Shown here piece by piece: positions 24,491 through 36,700 of a DNA stretch of 64,000 nt. The notes below the pieces were generated by a model that was not told the DNA's origin, searched no databases, and saw only the letters and a program-made list of their open reading frames with translations. The stretch lies in NCBI GenBank assembly GCA_973895155.1, contig OZ316898.1, positions 19,541,292 through 19,605,291 on the forward strand, written 5' to 3'. Each line of letters begins with the position of its first letter. Position 1 is the first letter of the stretch. Made by a program: the position numbers and the translations under genes. Source of the stretch: Marsupella aquatica. Its lineage: Eukaryota > Plantae > Marchantiophyta.

Positions 24491-25889
24491 AAATGGGTTT
24501 GACCCCTAAATGGACATCATGGATGTTCCACTTGAGAACAGCCAAGTTTCACTTACAGATTAGTTACTACAGAAGATGACTGTGTACTATTATAGAGTGT
24601 ATATTGGCAAAAAGCAATCGTCTGCTACCAGCTCTAGCTCGGGAATGATACGTACTTCTCCTTCGATCAAGCAACTTCAAGGTGAACAAAAAGAAATACA
24701 GTGCCAACATCCCAATGGAGGAAAGAAAACAGGGGAGAATCAGTGCACCCAAAGTACACTTGATCCCGCACTTGATGCCAAATCAGATATCAGAATACAC
24801 TCACCTTCTTTCCACTCTTTTTTTTAATATATGTTTTCATTCTTTTTAGTGTAATTATTATTCTGCCATGTTTTCACTGCTTGTTAAGCAAAGTAACTTT
24901 AGTTGGCTTGTAACGATTGAGAGTCACCATGAAATGGTCATCCATCTCCTCATCTTAGTTACCCAACACCCTTTCTAACCCTTAATGTTGGGTAGGGTCT
25001 CTTCCCTTTCCCACTTTCCCCTACCCCAAACCGCTCTGCCCTCTCCTGCATTGATTGCTTGACTCCCCTCGGCCCCTGACCGAGGGGGTGGACAAGGGGA
25101 AATGATGTTAGCCATATGAGTACAAGTAGCAGTATTACATTGCTAACTAAATGACATTGCTTGTTCATTGCTGGAACTGTAACATTGTAGTAAATATACT
25201 AGTCTAAGAATTAGTGGCAAAGTCTTACTAATAATTAAAGCGCAATGCAAAGTTACTTTCATGTGCTACTGTCTATGTATCTGACGTAACTCTCAATAGG
25301 ACAAAACTGAAAAAGGGATAGGAGCAAAAATTAACCAAGTGACATTGACTCTAAATATGGACAAAACAAAGAGTGACTCTCAATAGAAGTGAGGGTGAAA
25401 AAAGAAGAAGGATGGAGGCAATGATGAACACCAGCATTTCTTGGCAAGAAATGTTTTTGTCTTCATCTCTATTTGCTTTCAAAGAACGGGTAGTAAGGAT
25501 AGTATAACAAAAAAATAAAGAATGGCGAAGTAAATCTTAGTAAGGATACCCACCTTACTAATATGATGCAGGCCCGTTGCTGGAATGCTTGGGCTTGCTC
25601 ATTGGCAAGTTCCCTTTGAAAATTATAATAATTTCAATTGATGTAGACTGGAAGATAATGTAATTAATCCGTGGACCCCAATGTTATTTTAGAGTCAATT
25701 ATCTAGAAACTGAAGCAAAGGGGCCAATTTAAAAACACTCAAAAGGAGACTTGTCCATTTTTTGGAAAATTTTTCTTTAGAGAATGATTTATTTTCTAGT
25801 TTGAATATAATTATAATGTAAATAAAACGGGTTAATAGGAGCAGTTTTAGCTCAATCTTTTCATTTTTTGATTTGCATGTCAGTTTTTT

Positions 25890-26300
25890 ACATTCTCTTT
25901 TATGGCATGGTGTCCCAATTTTTACAAAGAAGTCGCCACAAACACGAATGCAGAAGTTCATTTTATCCCAAAACAAATCTCTTTGTGTTTGGAGCATGTC
26001 ATGATGATGTGGCATGCTGTGGAGCCAGGAACTTGGAAAGGACCCCTAATGGAGGTCTGTAAATACAACTTGGAGAGAATAATCTACTTTTTGACAAAAA
26101 TAATAAATGAAGAAATAGTGTCCCGCCTCTTGTTACGGACCCCACTAGAGGTCCCTTCCAAACTTCCTGGCACCACAGTGCACCACGTCATTGAGATGCG
26201 CTGCAAACAGGTACATATTGGTTTACAAAACAAAATTTGCTTCAACATTCGTGTTTGTGGCATGATTTTGGTAAAATCAAGGACGCCATGCCGTAAAACT
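25890..26300. repeat. Long imperfect inverted repeat (foldback) with arms of about 170 bp
   Basis: CATGGTGTCC...GCCACAAACACGAATG pairs with CATTCGTGTTTGTGGC...GGACGCCATG. GGAAAGGGACCCCTAATGGAGGTCTGTAA pairs with TTACGGACCCCACTAGAGGTCCCTTCC. Confidence 0.8.
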
Positions 26301-26817
26301 TGATGTAAAACTGTTTTAAAAGTAACCGTTTTATTTACTCTTGGTAACAAAATGTTGAAGTAATCATAGACTCGTAACCATTTGTTTAACCCCCGAATAA
26401 CCGATTGCCCACCCTCTTTATGGTCCGTAACCAATAAGTAATAACCAATAATAATTAATTAATTAATGAGAATCTATGGATGATTCGGTTTCTTGGACTG
26501 AAAAAAACTACAATAGCTTGAATCGCTCGAGAAGAAAGACAACCGTGAGACAAACAAGAAAATGGATCAAACCATATTGTCTTACCGTTGAATATATGTA
26601 TCGACTGAATGGGCATAACCCACTACGCTACAATGATTGTTCAAGGTCTCGAAAGTCTGGCCCTGGATTTGTAGTACGTACTAAGTTGTCGAATCTAATA
26701 CATGTACTTTTATGAATGGTTACCAAAAGATCTGTTACACTAGGAAAGCTTTCCGCCTATACTTCTCGACATGGAGAAAGATCTTGAGTCCGATCGAGAA
26801 ATCTCATCTACTTGAAA

Positions 26818-27030
26818 TGGACAGTTGTGAGTTTATGGGTGTTCACCAAATGTCGTGAGCCGCCGAGCATTGTTGCCCGGATTAATGTCTCAATCACTGG
26901 AGGCTTGTGCTCATTGTAATAACGGACAGTTGTGAGTTTATGGGTGTTCACCAAATGTCGTGCGCTGCCGAGCATTGTTGCCCGGATTAATGTCTCAATC
27001 GCTGGAGGCTTGTGCTCATTGTAATAGCGG
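26818..27030. repeat. Two-copy tandem repeat, about 105-bp unit
   Basis: GGACAGTTGTGAGTTTATGGGTGTTCACCAAATGTCGTG...GGAGGCTTGTGCTCATTGTAATA occurs twice. Confidence 0.92.
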
Positions 27031-28299
27031 TTGTCCAGTTCAAGATGGATGGATTTTGATTTCTTTTGACGAACACATTTAGCCCGGGGCACAAATGCAC
27101 GAGGAAAGACTAAGGGCACAAATGCACAAGGAAAAACGAAGGGCATAAACACAAAAGAACATGATGAATCTCCCGTAAGGCAGCTTGAAGTGCTACATGA
27201 TGAATCTCCCGTAAAGTGCTGCTGCAGTCGCGACTCAGTCCGACTGCTGCTCGTGGTTGGGCGTGACGTGCTCGTCGTTGGGCCAAGTTCAGAGCCTGGT
27301 GGTCCACCTTCAATCAACCAAGGCTTCCTTTGGTATGTCTTCTCCCTCACTCACTCTTGCAGCGGGATTCAGAAGGTCATCGTCTGGATTAAAGGTTCGA
27401 GCAGTGTCATCCGTCACTCGATCTGTCCCGTCTAATTTCACTGGGTGATGCCAACATTTGTCAACCATGGTTACAAAACGGAGCTCCTTCTAAGTAGATT
27501 GGCCCATGAACGACGCAATTCAACACCGGCAGTGTAGATGTGGACTTTGATCTGCCGGTTGAAGTTTTTGAGGATGAGGTCTTCGATCTGCCAGTTGATG
27601 TTTGGAACAAGCTGGCTTTTGTTCTTGTATGTCTCACATTAGACTATTTCAGAGTTTGGAGCCAAACTATTCCTGCTCAGTCTTGCCTGCATTCTTCATT
27701 TCGTTTCCATTCTGGTCCTTATGAATTGTTTGCGATTCTGCTTTCTCCTGCTGTTTCCTCGTTCTCGCTTCGGGTAATCGCTGTGTGTCATTCCTATCGC
27801 CTTCGATCAATCATTCAATGGCTGCTCTTCTTTTTCTTGTGTTCTGCTTTCAGGATCGAAGACTCTTCTGCCTTCGATCTCTCTCTCTCGGCAATCTGCT
27901 AGTCCACCTGCCGTTCTCTTTCACTTAGTAATTCTTCGCTGCTGTCCTTATGGGAATGCTATCTCTCGCCGGTAATACTCATTGTCTCCTCTTCAAAAGA
28001 GCTGTCTGTCGATGGAATTGGAATCTCTGCTTTGTGCTTTCTTTATTAGATCGACCAAAATCCACCCCCAATGCCAGATATTGACAATATCACAATACCA
28101 TGAGTCTGAAGTGCAAAAGAATGTTCGTAGAGATCTGCAGTGCTGCCCGGTGATAGCCACATAGTAGGGGACGATAGATTTTTTCACATTCCACTTATAC
28201 TTTATAATGCTCAGGGTGGGTATTGAGAGATAAATTTATTGTTTATTTGTTCTTCTTCCTCTAAAGCTGCACAATTTTTTTATGGATAAGAAATTCTGT

Positions 28300-29368
28300 C
28301 GGTGGAAACTTTTGCATCTCTGTTGGCTTAGGAAAGGGGCGGCCAGAGCCTCTGGAGTTTACATGGAAAAGGGACGGGGCAGGAAATTTTGCTTTGTACT
28401 CCAAGAACCCTGAAAATGTCATTTTATGCCTGTATAAGGATGATGACACTAAAGTGCCATCGATGGAGATTGATTTGGATCCACTCATTCATCGGACTGG
28501 AGATGTCTGGCATGTTGAATTGGAGGATATAAGTGGATTCACTCAATATGGTTATTGTTGTAAGGGAGGACTAAGTTGGGAGAGTGAAAATCTATTCCAT
28601 GGGTGCCATGTGCTCTTGGATCCCTAGTATGCAAAGCTTTTGGCTCCGTTTGAAGCTGGCCAAGAAAAGTCCTCATTAGTGGCTACTGTCCTTGGGTGAT
28701 TGAAAGCCAAAACTGTTCCATTCAACTGGGAAGATGATGCTTTCCTGCATACTCCATTAAAATGTTTGTTCGCTTATAGATTGAACGTGACAGGCTTTAC
28801 GGCAGATGAGTCCAGTGACTTGGATGAGGGTGTAAGGGGCACGTTTGATGGTCTAATACAGAAAGGTCAACATCTAGTTAATCTTGGCATTACTGCAGTC
28901 ATCCTGGAGCTCCTGGATTTGATGATCCTTTGAACCCTTTCAATTTCTTTACCCCTGCCGCCCAGCTTTGTCCTGGAGATCGACAATTTGTCAGCATGTA
29001 CGTCTCGCAAAAGAATGGTGAATCAGCTTCACAAGCTTGGCATCGAGGTCATCTTAGAAGTGGTGTTCGGTCACACTTCAGAAGGTGGAGACGAGTCACC
29101 CAAAACAGTGTCGTTTCGTGGCATTGACAATTCAACGTTCTACATTCTGAACGAATTTGGCAGGGTTGTAAAATCGGAGGTCGGAGCAGACAATGCATTC
29201 AACTGCAATCATCCCTTCGTGCAAAACTTGATTGTGGACAGCCTAAGATATTGGGTGGAGGATTTCCATGTAGATGGTTTCCTATTCGTCAATGGTTCTG
29301 CTCTTGTAACTGGGCCCCATGAGAAACCACTTTTGGTGGAAGCCATCTCTTTTGATCCTATCTCCTAA
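28300..29368 (+). pseudogene. ISA2: Isoamylase-2-type (GH13 debranching enzyme, non-catalytic subunit) pseudogene fragment
   Basis: CBM48-like PLGV...NFALYS..PENVILCLY...EIDLDP..HRTGDVWHV, then VLLDP*YAK, GIEVILEVVFGHT.EG, RGIDNSTFY, NCNHPFVQNLIVDSLRYWV..FHVDGFLFVN and PLLVEAISFDP. DGFxFxN in place of DGFRFD is the ISA2 pattern. Several stops and frameshifts; 3'-truncated. Confidence 0.85.
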
Positions 29369-30345
29369 AAGAATGCAAACATTGCATGACTCGATAGAAG
29401 TGTAGAGCCTACATGCAGTGGGGGCAAACGGCGTTAACAAATTTATTTATATCAATATCTATCCACTTTTCAATCTTATTCAAATCAAAAGAGATGGGGT
29501 CCACGAACTAATTTTTCTAATGCCCCAAATACACTACAGTGCAACGACAACTCCAATCATAGATTGTGAGGACCCACTAATTGATGGCACTTTGTAGGGT
29601 TGTTTGGCAAGCTGACATCGAGATTTTAGTCCCTTTTGACTACCTTGCCAACTGACGATGGCACTTTATGCTTGGATGGGTGTACATTCGCCTCTCTGAC
29701 ACGTTCTAGGAAAGAAGCATCTGGTGTGTACTTTAACAAGGGTTTGTACTAAGTCTGAAGAGCAGTGACGTGAAATTTTGCATTTATGACAAAAATATAC
29801 AATCATGCCACTACATGCAACATTTTGGGCCCTATTTGAGTCCTCATTTTGGTGACTTCTTTCCTAAATGGCACATCCCTGTCCAAAATGTGGTCCCCTC
29901 CTTAATCAGGGTAATTTCTACTCTATGTAAACATAAAAACACTTAATAATAAGGTAGTTGAAGGAAATGCCCAGGTAATTCATGAGCTTATTCATAAGTG
30001 TCCATACAAGCATAATTATGGAGTTTGCATTTGTGTACATGAGATTTAGTGCAGCCCGTTTTTTAATATTTTTTTGTTATATATATATTTTTAAACTAAA
30101 GGGGACAGAGCCCCATGAGGTTTAGTGCAGCCCTCTTTGCACTTACAGAACATGCAAAGAACATGCAAAATGGTCAAGGGGAAAAGGGAAGAATGGGATC
30201 CCTTCCAAGAAGCCAGGGTTTTCACTTTAGACGAGTCCATGAGCTGATACTTGAAATTTTAGTCGTGGTCAAGTTGTATGCCACTTTTTCATACAGAATC
30301 AACTACAGTAGTAATCATGAACTGTATCCACTATACAGTCTGTTG

Positions 30346-31417
30346 CCCGGTTTGGACTTGTCCGACAAATAGAGGCCTTTGGACTCGACAACCGACAAGT
30401 TGTCACCCGGTCCACCCCGGTCCCCGGTCCGGCTCCCGGCCGGTAATTCCCGGCCCGGCTACTTTCCTCCCGGCCCTTAAAGCCAACGGGAAAATCTCGC
30501 CCCGGACCAAACTCCCCGCCCCGGTCTCTACCCCCGGCCCGGTCCCTTCCCGGCCCGGCCCCGCATCCCACCCGGTCCCTTCCCCTTCCCGGCCCGGTCC
30601 CTTCCCTTCCCGGCCCTGCCCCTTCCCTCCCCCTTCCCCTCCCCCTTCCCGGCCCGGCCCTACCCCTCCCCTTCCCGGCCTCTTCCCTTCCCCTCCCCCT
30701 TCCCGGCCAGGCCCTCCCCCTCCCCCTTCCCGGCCTCTTCCCTTCCCCTCCCCCTTCCCGGCCCGGCCCTACCCCTCCCCTTCCCGGCCTCTTCCCTTCC
30801 CCTCCCCCTTCCCGGCCCGGCCCTACCCCTCCCCTTCCCGCCTCTTCCCTTCCCCTCCCCCTTCCCGGCCTGGCCCTACCCCTCCCCTTCCCGGCCTCTT
30901 CCCTTCCCCTCCCCCTTCCCGGCCCGGCCCTACCCCTCTCCTTCCCGGCCTCTTCCCTTCCCCTCCCCTCCCCCTTCCCGGCCCGGCCCTACCCCTCCCC
31001 TTCCCGGCCTCTTCCCTTCCCCTCCCCCTTCCCGGCCCGGCCCTACCCCTCCCATTCCCGGCCCTGCCCCTGCCCATTCCCGGCCCGGCCCTCCCATTCC
31101 CGGCCCGGCCCTGCCCCTTCCCGGCCCGGCCCCGCACTCGGCCCGCCCTCACCTAGTGTTTGTGAGGCCGGGCCGGGTGCGGGGCCGGGCGGGATGCGGG
31201 ACCGGGCCGGGAAGAGACCGGGCCGACCCGGTGCCGGACCGAGCCGGGAATGGAAGGGGCCGGGAAGAGTCGGGGAGGGAATGGGCCGGGCCGGGTCGGG
31301 CCGGGGCCGGACCGGGGCATAAAAAGGAATATGCGACAAATAGGGTCATTTTCGGGCGACAAATGACAAGTTGTCGTGTCCGACAACACGACAAGTTGTC
31401 CGACAGCTCAAACCGGG
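30346..31417. mobile_element. Non-autonomous TIR element with an 8-bp TSD (GTCTGTTG) and a C-rich/G-rich foldback interior
   Basis: TIR CCCGGTTTG...CAAACCGGG; GTCTGTTG at both 30338-30345 and 31418-31425. Subterminal GACAAGTTGTC palindromes; interior CCCTTCCCGGCC repeats that switch strand near 31155. Confidence 0.88.
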
Positions 31418-31807
31418 GTCTGTTGGGCAAGTTGGGTGCCTGGTAGGGCCACTTTGGGATGTCATGCACGGTGGTCCTTAATTAAGGACCCTGGACCACG
31501 GCAGGTCTGTGGCTCAGTCCCTATCGTCCCACCGACCCAATGTCTTATCAATGAACAGGTGCAAACCTCTATACCTTATTTTAGTGTTGGTGAAGTAGTG
31601 ACCAGGAAGCTACCCTTGAGAGATAGAAGGTCCATTCAAGGTACGTAAGCCCAAAATAGTAAAGGTAAAAATACTATGTAGTTATGGGCCCTTTGCACTT
31701 CCTTGGGTTTTGGGTTGTTTTATGCCCTCTGTTTGGTCTCATGCCTTTGGGGTCTGCGTCACTGTTTGACACTTTGTTCTTTTGCAGAGTGATATATGTA
31801 TATACTA

Positions 31808-32535
31808 CCATGTTCCCCCAACACAGCGCCCAGGCACTATATTCGAATAGTGGGCCATGGGGCGTTATATTCGAATAGTGCGCCCAGGGCGTTGTGTTTG
31901 AGTTTTGACACTATGTTTTGGAATTTTTTTACCTTGTGGCGTTGTGTTTGAATTGTGGCGTTGTATTTGAATAGTGGCGTTGTGTTCAAATTTAGGCATT
32001 GTGATGAATTTAGGATGTAAGCAAGAATGATAGGCATAGAATTTAGGGAGTAAGCAGAAATGAAAGGCTAATGCTTTTGGACCATTTCAGCCCTGGCCAA
32101 ATTTGGTGAAGCAAAATAAAATAACGGCTTAGAAAATCATTCTCTGATTTCTAAGGGTTGCACATGGATGTAACTATTTGCAGAGTTGCCAAGTGCCATT
32201 TCAATTGAGTATGTGTGGGAAATATTGCTCCTAGCATTGTTGTCAAGATGTGAAGATTATTAACAGCTTTTTGTTTACTTTGCTTATGCTTTGATTGTAA
32301 TTCATAAATTTGCACTTCTTGTGCTCAATGCTGTCAACATTAGGAAAAACTGAAACACAACCCTCAATATTCAAACACAATGCCACATTCGAACACAAGG
32401 TCATATTCAAACACAACGCCCGGGCATTGTGTTAACATGACGTTGTGTTCGAGTTAAAACTACTTTTTCTTACCAAGACTAAAAAATTTCAACTTTGGAA
32501 CACAACGCCCGGGCATTGTGTTCGGGGGAAGACGG
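31808..32535. mobile_element. Tc1/mariner-pogo-type MITE with TA TSD, inserted into the CTAG of a Helitron end
   Basis: TA|CCATGTTCCCCCAACAC ... GTGTTCGGGGGAAGACGG|TA, with subterminal GCGTTGTGTTYGAA repeats in both orientations. Confidence 0.82.
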
Positions 32536-34333
32536 TAGCTCAATACCCATGCGTTGCACAAAAGATGTTGTCTCCCAAGATGTCGTTAAGAAAAAAGATG
32601 TCGTGTCCTCTAAGATGTTGTTAAGACAAAAAGATGTTGTGTCGCCCAAGATGTCATTAAGAAAAATTAGGTTGTGTCCCCCAAGATGTCGTTAAGAAAA
32701 AAAGATGTGGTGTCTCCCAAGATGTCATTACTTAGAAACAAAATGGCGTGTCACCCAACTGAAGATGTCATGAAGAACAAAAATGTTGTGTCGCCCAATG
32801 TGTCATTAATAAAGAAAAAAGATATCCAAAGATGTTAAGAAAAAAGATGTTGTGACACCCAAGATGTCCTTAAGACAAAAGACATCATGTCAACCAAGAT
32901 ATTGTTAAGGAAAAAGATGTTGTGGCACCCAATATGTCCTTAAGAAAAGAGATGCCACGCTGCCCAAGATGTCGTTAAGAGAAACATTGTCATTAAGTAA
33001 AAAGATGTTGTTAAGACAAAAGTTGCACAAAAGATGGTGTGGTGAGAACGGGGGTGAGAAAAAATGTTGAGGTGAAAATAGATGTTGAGGTGAGAAAAAG
33101 AAGTTGAAGTGAGAAAAAGATGTCAAGGAGAGAAATGTTGAGGTGAGAAAAAGATGTTGAGGTGAACAATTGAAAGATGTTGATGAGAAAAGGAGATGTT
33201 GAGCTAAGAAAAAGAAGTAGAGCAAAAACTATGTAAAGGAGAGAAAAGATGGCGATGTGAGAAAATATGTGAAGATGAGGAAAAGATGTTGAGGGTGAGG
33301 GAAAGATGTTATGGTGAGATAAAAATGTGAAGGTGAGAAACAGGTCAGATGTCGAGGTGAAAACACATGTCAATCAGAAAAAGAGATGTTGAGGTGAGAC
33401 AAAGAAGTAAAGGTGAAGAGAAGATATCAAGAAGAGAAAAAACATGGCAAGGTGAGAAAAAGACATTGAAGAGAGAAAATATGTCGAGGGTGAGGGAAAG
33501 ATATTGTGGTGAGATAAAGATGTCAAGGTGAGAAAATATGTCAAGTCAGGTGAGAAAATATATTGAGGAGAGAAACAAAAATCAAGGACCTAAACGATGT
33601 TGAGGGTGAGAAAAAATTGTCGTGAGATAAAGATGTCAATGTGAGAAAAGACGGCGAGATGAGAAAAATATGTCAAGGCAAGGTAGAGTTGTTGTGGTGG
33701 TGTGCAACAACTTATGCACTGCACATAGATGGAGACTGAGATAATAGTCACCGCAACATAGAGTCCAGCACAACAAAGTGACAAAAAAATATGTTTTTTA
33801 TTTAAAAATTTTAGAGAAATTAATATCATATATATAATTTATACTCAAGTTTTTTCAAAACTTTAAAGTTATTATCCAATTCTTTAAGTCTCAATTTTAA
33901 TAATTAGCTTTTAATTAGTTGTCAATTGTTAGTTTTTATATTGGTTGGGTTTGGGTAGGCTATGGGTAGCTTGGGAAGAGGTCATTGAGATTAATAGAGA
34001 TATGGATGGATCCTACAATTGCAGAAAAACAAATTTTTACTTAAGACCCAGGATTGTTCCCATTTTTTCTTGAGTTTGTAAATAATACCATATCCATTTT
34101 TAGAGGATATGGTATATAGTGACTTGATACTCTTGCATACAACAGGGTTAGGTACCTTTTTTGTCTTTTGTTTCCACCATTAGATTCTTTTTTGTGTGAA
34201 AAGTGCATGCAACTTACAGGGTTAGTTACATTTTCTGTTTTGTGTGTCCACCACATTTTTTGTTTTGTGTGTCCACCAATTCATTACTCTTTGTGTGACT
34301 CTTCCTGTACTTTTTGGTTCACTCTATATTTAA
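32536..34333 (-). mobile_element. Helitron-like non-autonomous unit 1 of a head-to-tail pair (same family as 21860-23015)
   Basis: (C)TAGCTCAATACCCATGCGTTGCACAAAAG is the reverse complement of the Helitron 3' hairpin end. The AAGATGTTG/GAGGTGAGAAAA minisatellite interior is colinear with 34334-36485. Confidence 0.75.
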
Positions 34334-36485
34334 CTAGCTCAATACCCGTGTGTTGCACAAAAGATGTAGTGCTGCCCAAGATGTCGTGTCCTCTAAGATA
34401 TCGTTAAGATAAAATATGCTGTGTTGCTCAAGATGTCGTTAAGAAAAAATATGTTGTGTCGCCCAAGATGCCATTAAGAAAAAAAATGTGGTGTCGCCCA
34501 AGATGTCGTTAAGAAAGAAAATGGTGTGTCGCCCAACTGAAGATGTCAAGAAGAAAAAAAATTGTGTCGCCCAATGTGTCATTAATAAAGAAAAAAGATA
34601 TCGTGTCACCCAAGATATTGTTAAAAAAAAAGATGTTGTGACACCCAAGATGTACTTAAGAAAAATGATATTGTGTCACCCCAAGATGTCCTCGGGGATG
34701 TCCTTAAGACAAAAGATATCGTGTCAACCAAGATATTGTTAAGAAAAAAGATGTTGTGGCACCCAATATGTCCTTAAGAAAAGAAATGTCACATTGCCCA
34801 AGATGTCATTAAGAGAAAAGTTGTCGTTAAGTAAAAAAGACGTTGTTAAGACAAAACTTGCATAAAAGATGTTGTGGTGAGAAAAAGATGTTGAGGTGAA
34901 AATAGATGTTGAGGTGAGAAAAAGAAGTTGAAGTGAGAAAAAGATGTCAAGGAGAGAAATGTTGAGGTAAGGAAAAGAAGTTGAGGTGAACCTTAAGATG
35001 TTAATGAGAAAAAGAGATGTTGAGCTAAGAAAAAGAAGTAGAGCAAAAACTATGTCAAGGAGAGAAAAGATGACGATGTAAGAAAAATATGTGAAAATGA
35101 GGAAAAAATGTTTAGGGTGAGGGAAAGATGTTGTGGTGAGATAAAAATGTGAAGGTGAGAAACAAGTCAGATGTCGAGGTGAAAACAAATGTCAATGAGA
35201 AAAAGAGACATTGAGGTGAGACCTCGGGTGAGACAAAGACGTCAAGGTGCAAAAAGGATGTTGAGGAGAGAAAAAACATGGCGAGGTGAGAAAAAGACGT
35301 TTAGGAAAAAAAATATGTCGAGGGTGAGGGAAAGATTTTGTGGTGAGATAAAGATGTCAAGTCAGGTGAGAAAATAAATTGAGGAGAGAAACAAAAATCA
35401 GGGACCTAAACGATGTTGAGGGTGAAAAAAATTGTCATGAGATAAAGTTGTCAATGTGAGAAAAAATGGCGAGATGATAAAAACATGTCAAGGCAAGGTA
35501 GAGTTGTTGAAAAATATGTCAAGGCAAGGTAGAGTTGTGGTGGTGTGCAACAACTCATGCATAGAAATTGGAGACTGAAATAATAGTCACCCCAACGGGG
35601 TATTTACAAATGACAGGAAACAGCAAACAGTAACAGAAAACAGAAACTGATAACAAGAAACAAAAACTGGTAACAGGAAAATGAATGATAATATTTTTGA
35701 AATTGTTTTTTGGGAAAAAAAAAAGTTTTTTTTTCAAAATTTTATTTACTTTGCTAGCGCCCGGCGCCGGTAATGCTAGCGCCCAAAGTTAGCCAAAAAA
35801 TGTTGTAACTTAGATTTTTTTGGAAAATGAGACTTTTTAGAAAATATTTTGACATGGTTATTTTTCTTGGTAACAGTAACTTTTTGCTGGTAACAGGAAA
35901 ATTTTTCCTAGTACTAGTAAACCTGTTTCCTGTCACGCGTGCCATACCCACCGCAACATACAGTCCAAGCACAACCAAGTGACAGAAAAAAATATGCTTT
36001 TGATTTTAAATTTTTAGAGAAATTAATATCATACATATATTATTTATACTCAAGTTTTTTCAAATCGCTAAGGTTATTATCCAACTCTTTAAGTCTTAAT
36101 TTAATAATTAATTTTTTTTATCTTGGTTGGGTTTGGGAAGGCTATGAGTAGCTTGGGCAGAGGTAATTGAGATTAATGTGGATGGATCCTACAGTTGCAG
36201 AAAAACTATTTTTTACCTAGGATTGTTCCCATTTTTTCTTGATTTTATAAACAATACCATATCCATTTTTAGAGTATATCGTATATAGTGACTTATGATA
36301 CTCTTGCATACAACAGGGTTAGGTACCTTTTTTGTCTTTTGTTTCCACCATTAGATTCTATTTTGTGTGAAAAGTGCATGCAACAGCCAACAGGGTTAGT
36401 TACGTTTTTTGTTTTGTGTGTCCACCAATTGATTACTGTTTGTGCGAAAAGATTTCTTGTACTTTTTGGTTCAGTGTATATTTAA
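34334..36485 (-). mobile_element. Helitron-like non-autonomous unit 2 of the head-to-tail pair
   Basis: A|CTAGCTCAATACCCGTGTGTTGCACAAAAG at 34334. Both units end on the plus strand in CTTTTTGGTTCA.T.TATATTTAA. Confidence 0.75.
35597..35949. mobile_element. MITE with an 8-9 bp TSD (Mutator- or hAT-like) inserted in Helitron unit 2
   Basis: TIR GGGTAT.......TGACAGGAAACAG / CTGTTTCCTGTCA.......ATACCC. Flanks are CACCCCAAC and (C)ACCGCAAC. The empty site GTCACCGCAACATA is present in unit 1 near 33747. Confidence 0.82.
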
Positions 36486-36700
36486 TTTGCTTTTGGTTTT
36501 ATCCCTTCTCTGTATTGATTACTTCTTTTCTTGGCACTGTATTTTTGAATGAGGCATAAAAAAGCGCAACCTTGTATTATAGAAGTTAATTTGCTTTTGG
36601 TTTTATCCGTTCTCTTTATTGATTACTTCTTTTCTTGGCACTGTATTTTTGAATGACGACCACAACATAAAAAGCGCAACCTTGTATTATAGAAGTTAAT
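36482..36700. repeat. Two-copy tandem repeat, about 105-110 bp unit
   Basis: TTAATTTGCTTTTGGTTTTATCC...GCGCAACCTTGTATTATAGAAGTTAAT occurs twice. Confidence 0.9.

Noticed and set aside
30278-31469. Pro-rich and Gly/Arg-rich ORFs (extensin/formin-like appearance)
   Set aside because: They are artefacts of a stop-poor GC repeat inside a TIR/TSD-bounded element. The same applies to the ORFs at 15567-15854.
32495-35377. Phe/Ser-rich and Lys-rich ORFs, also at 22398-23049
   Set aside because: They are translations of Helitron-internal minisatellites with no protein motifs.
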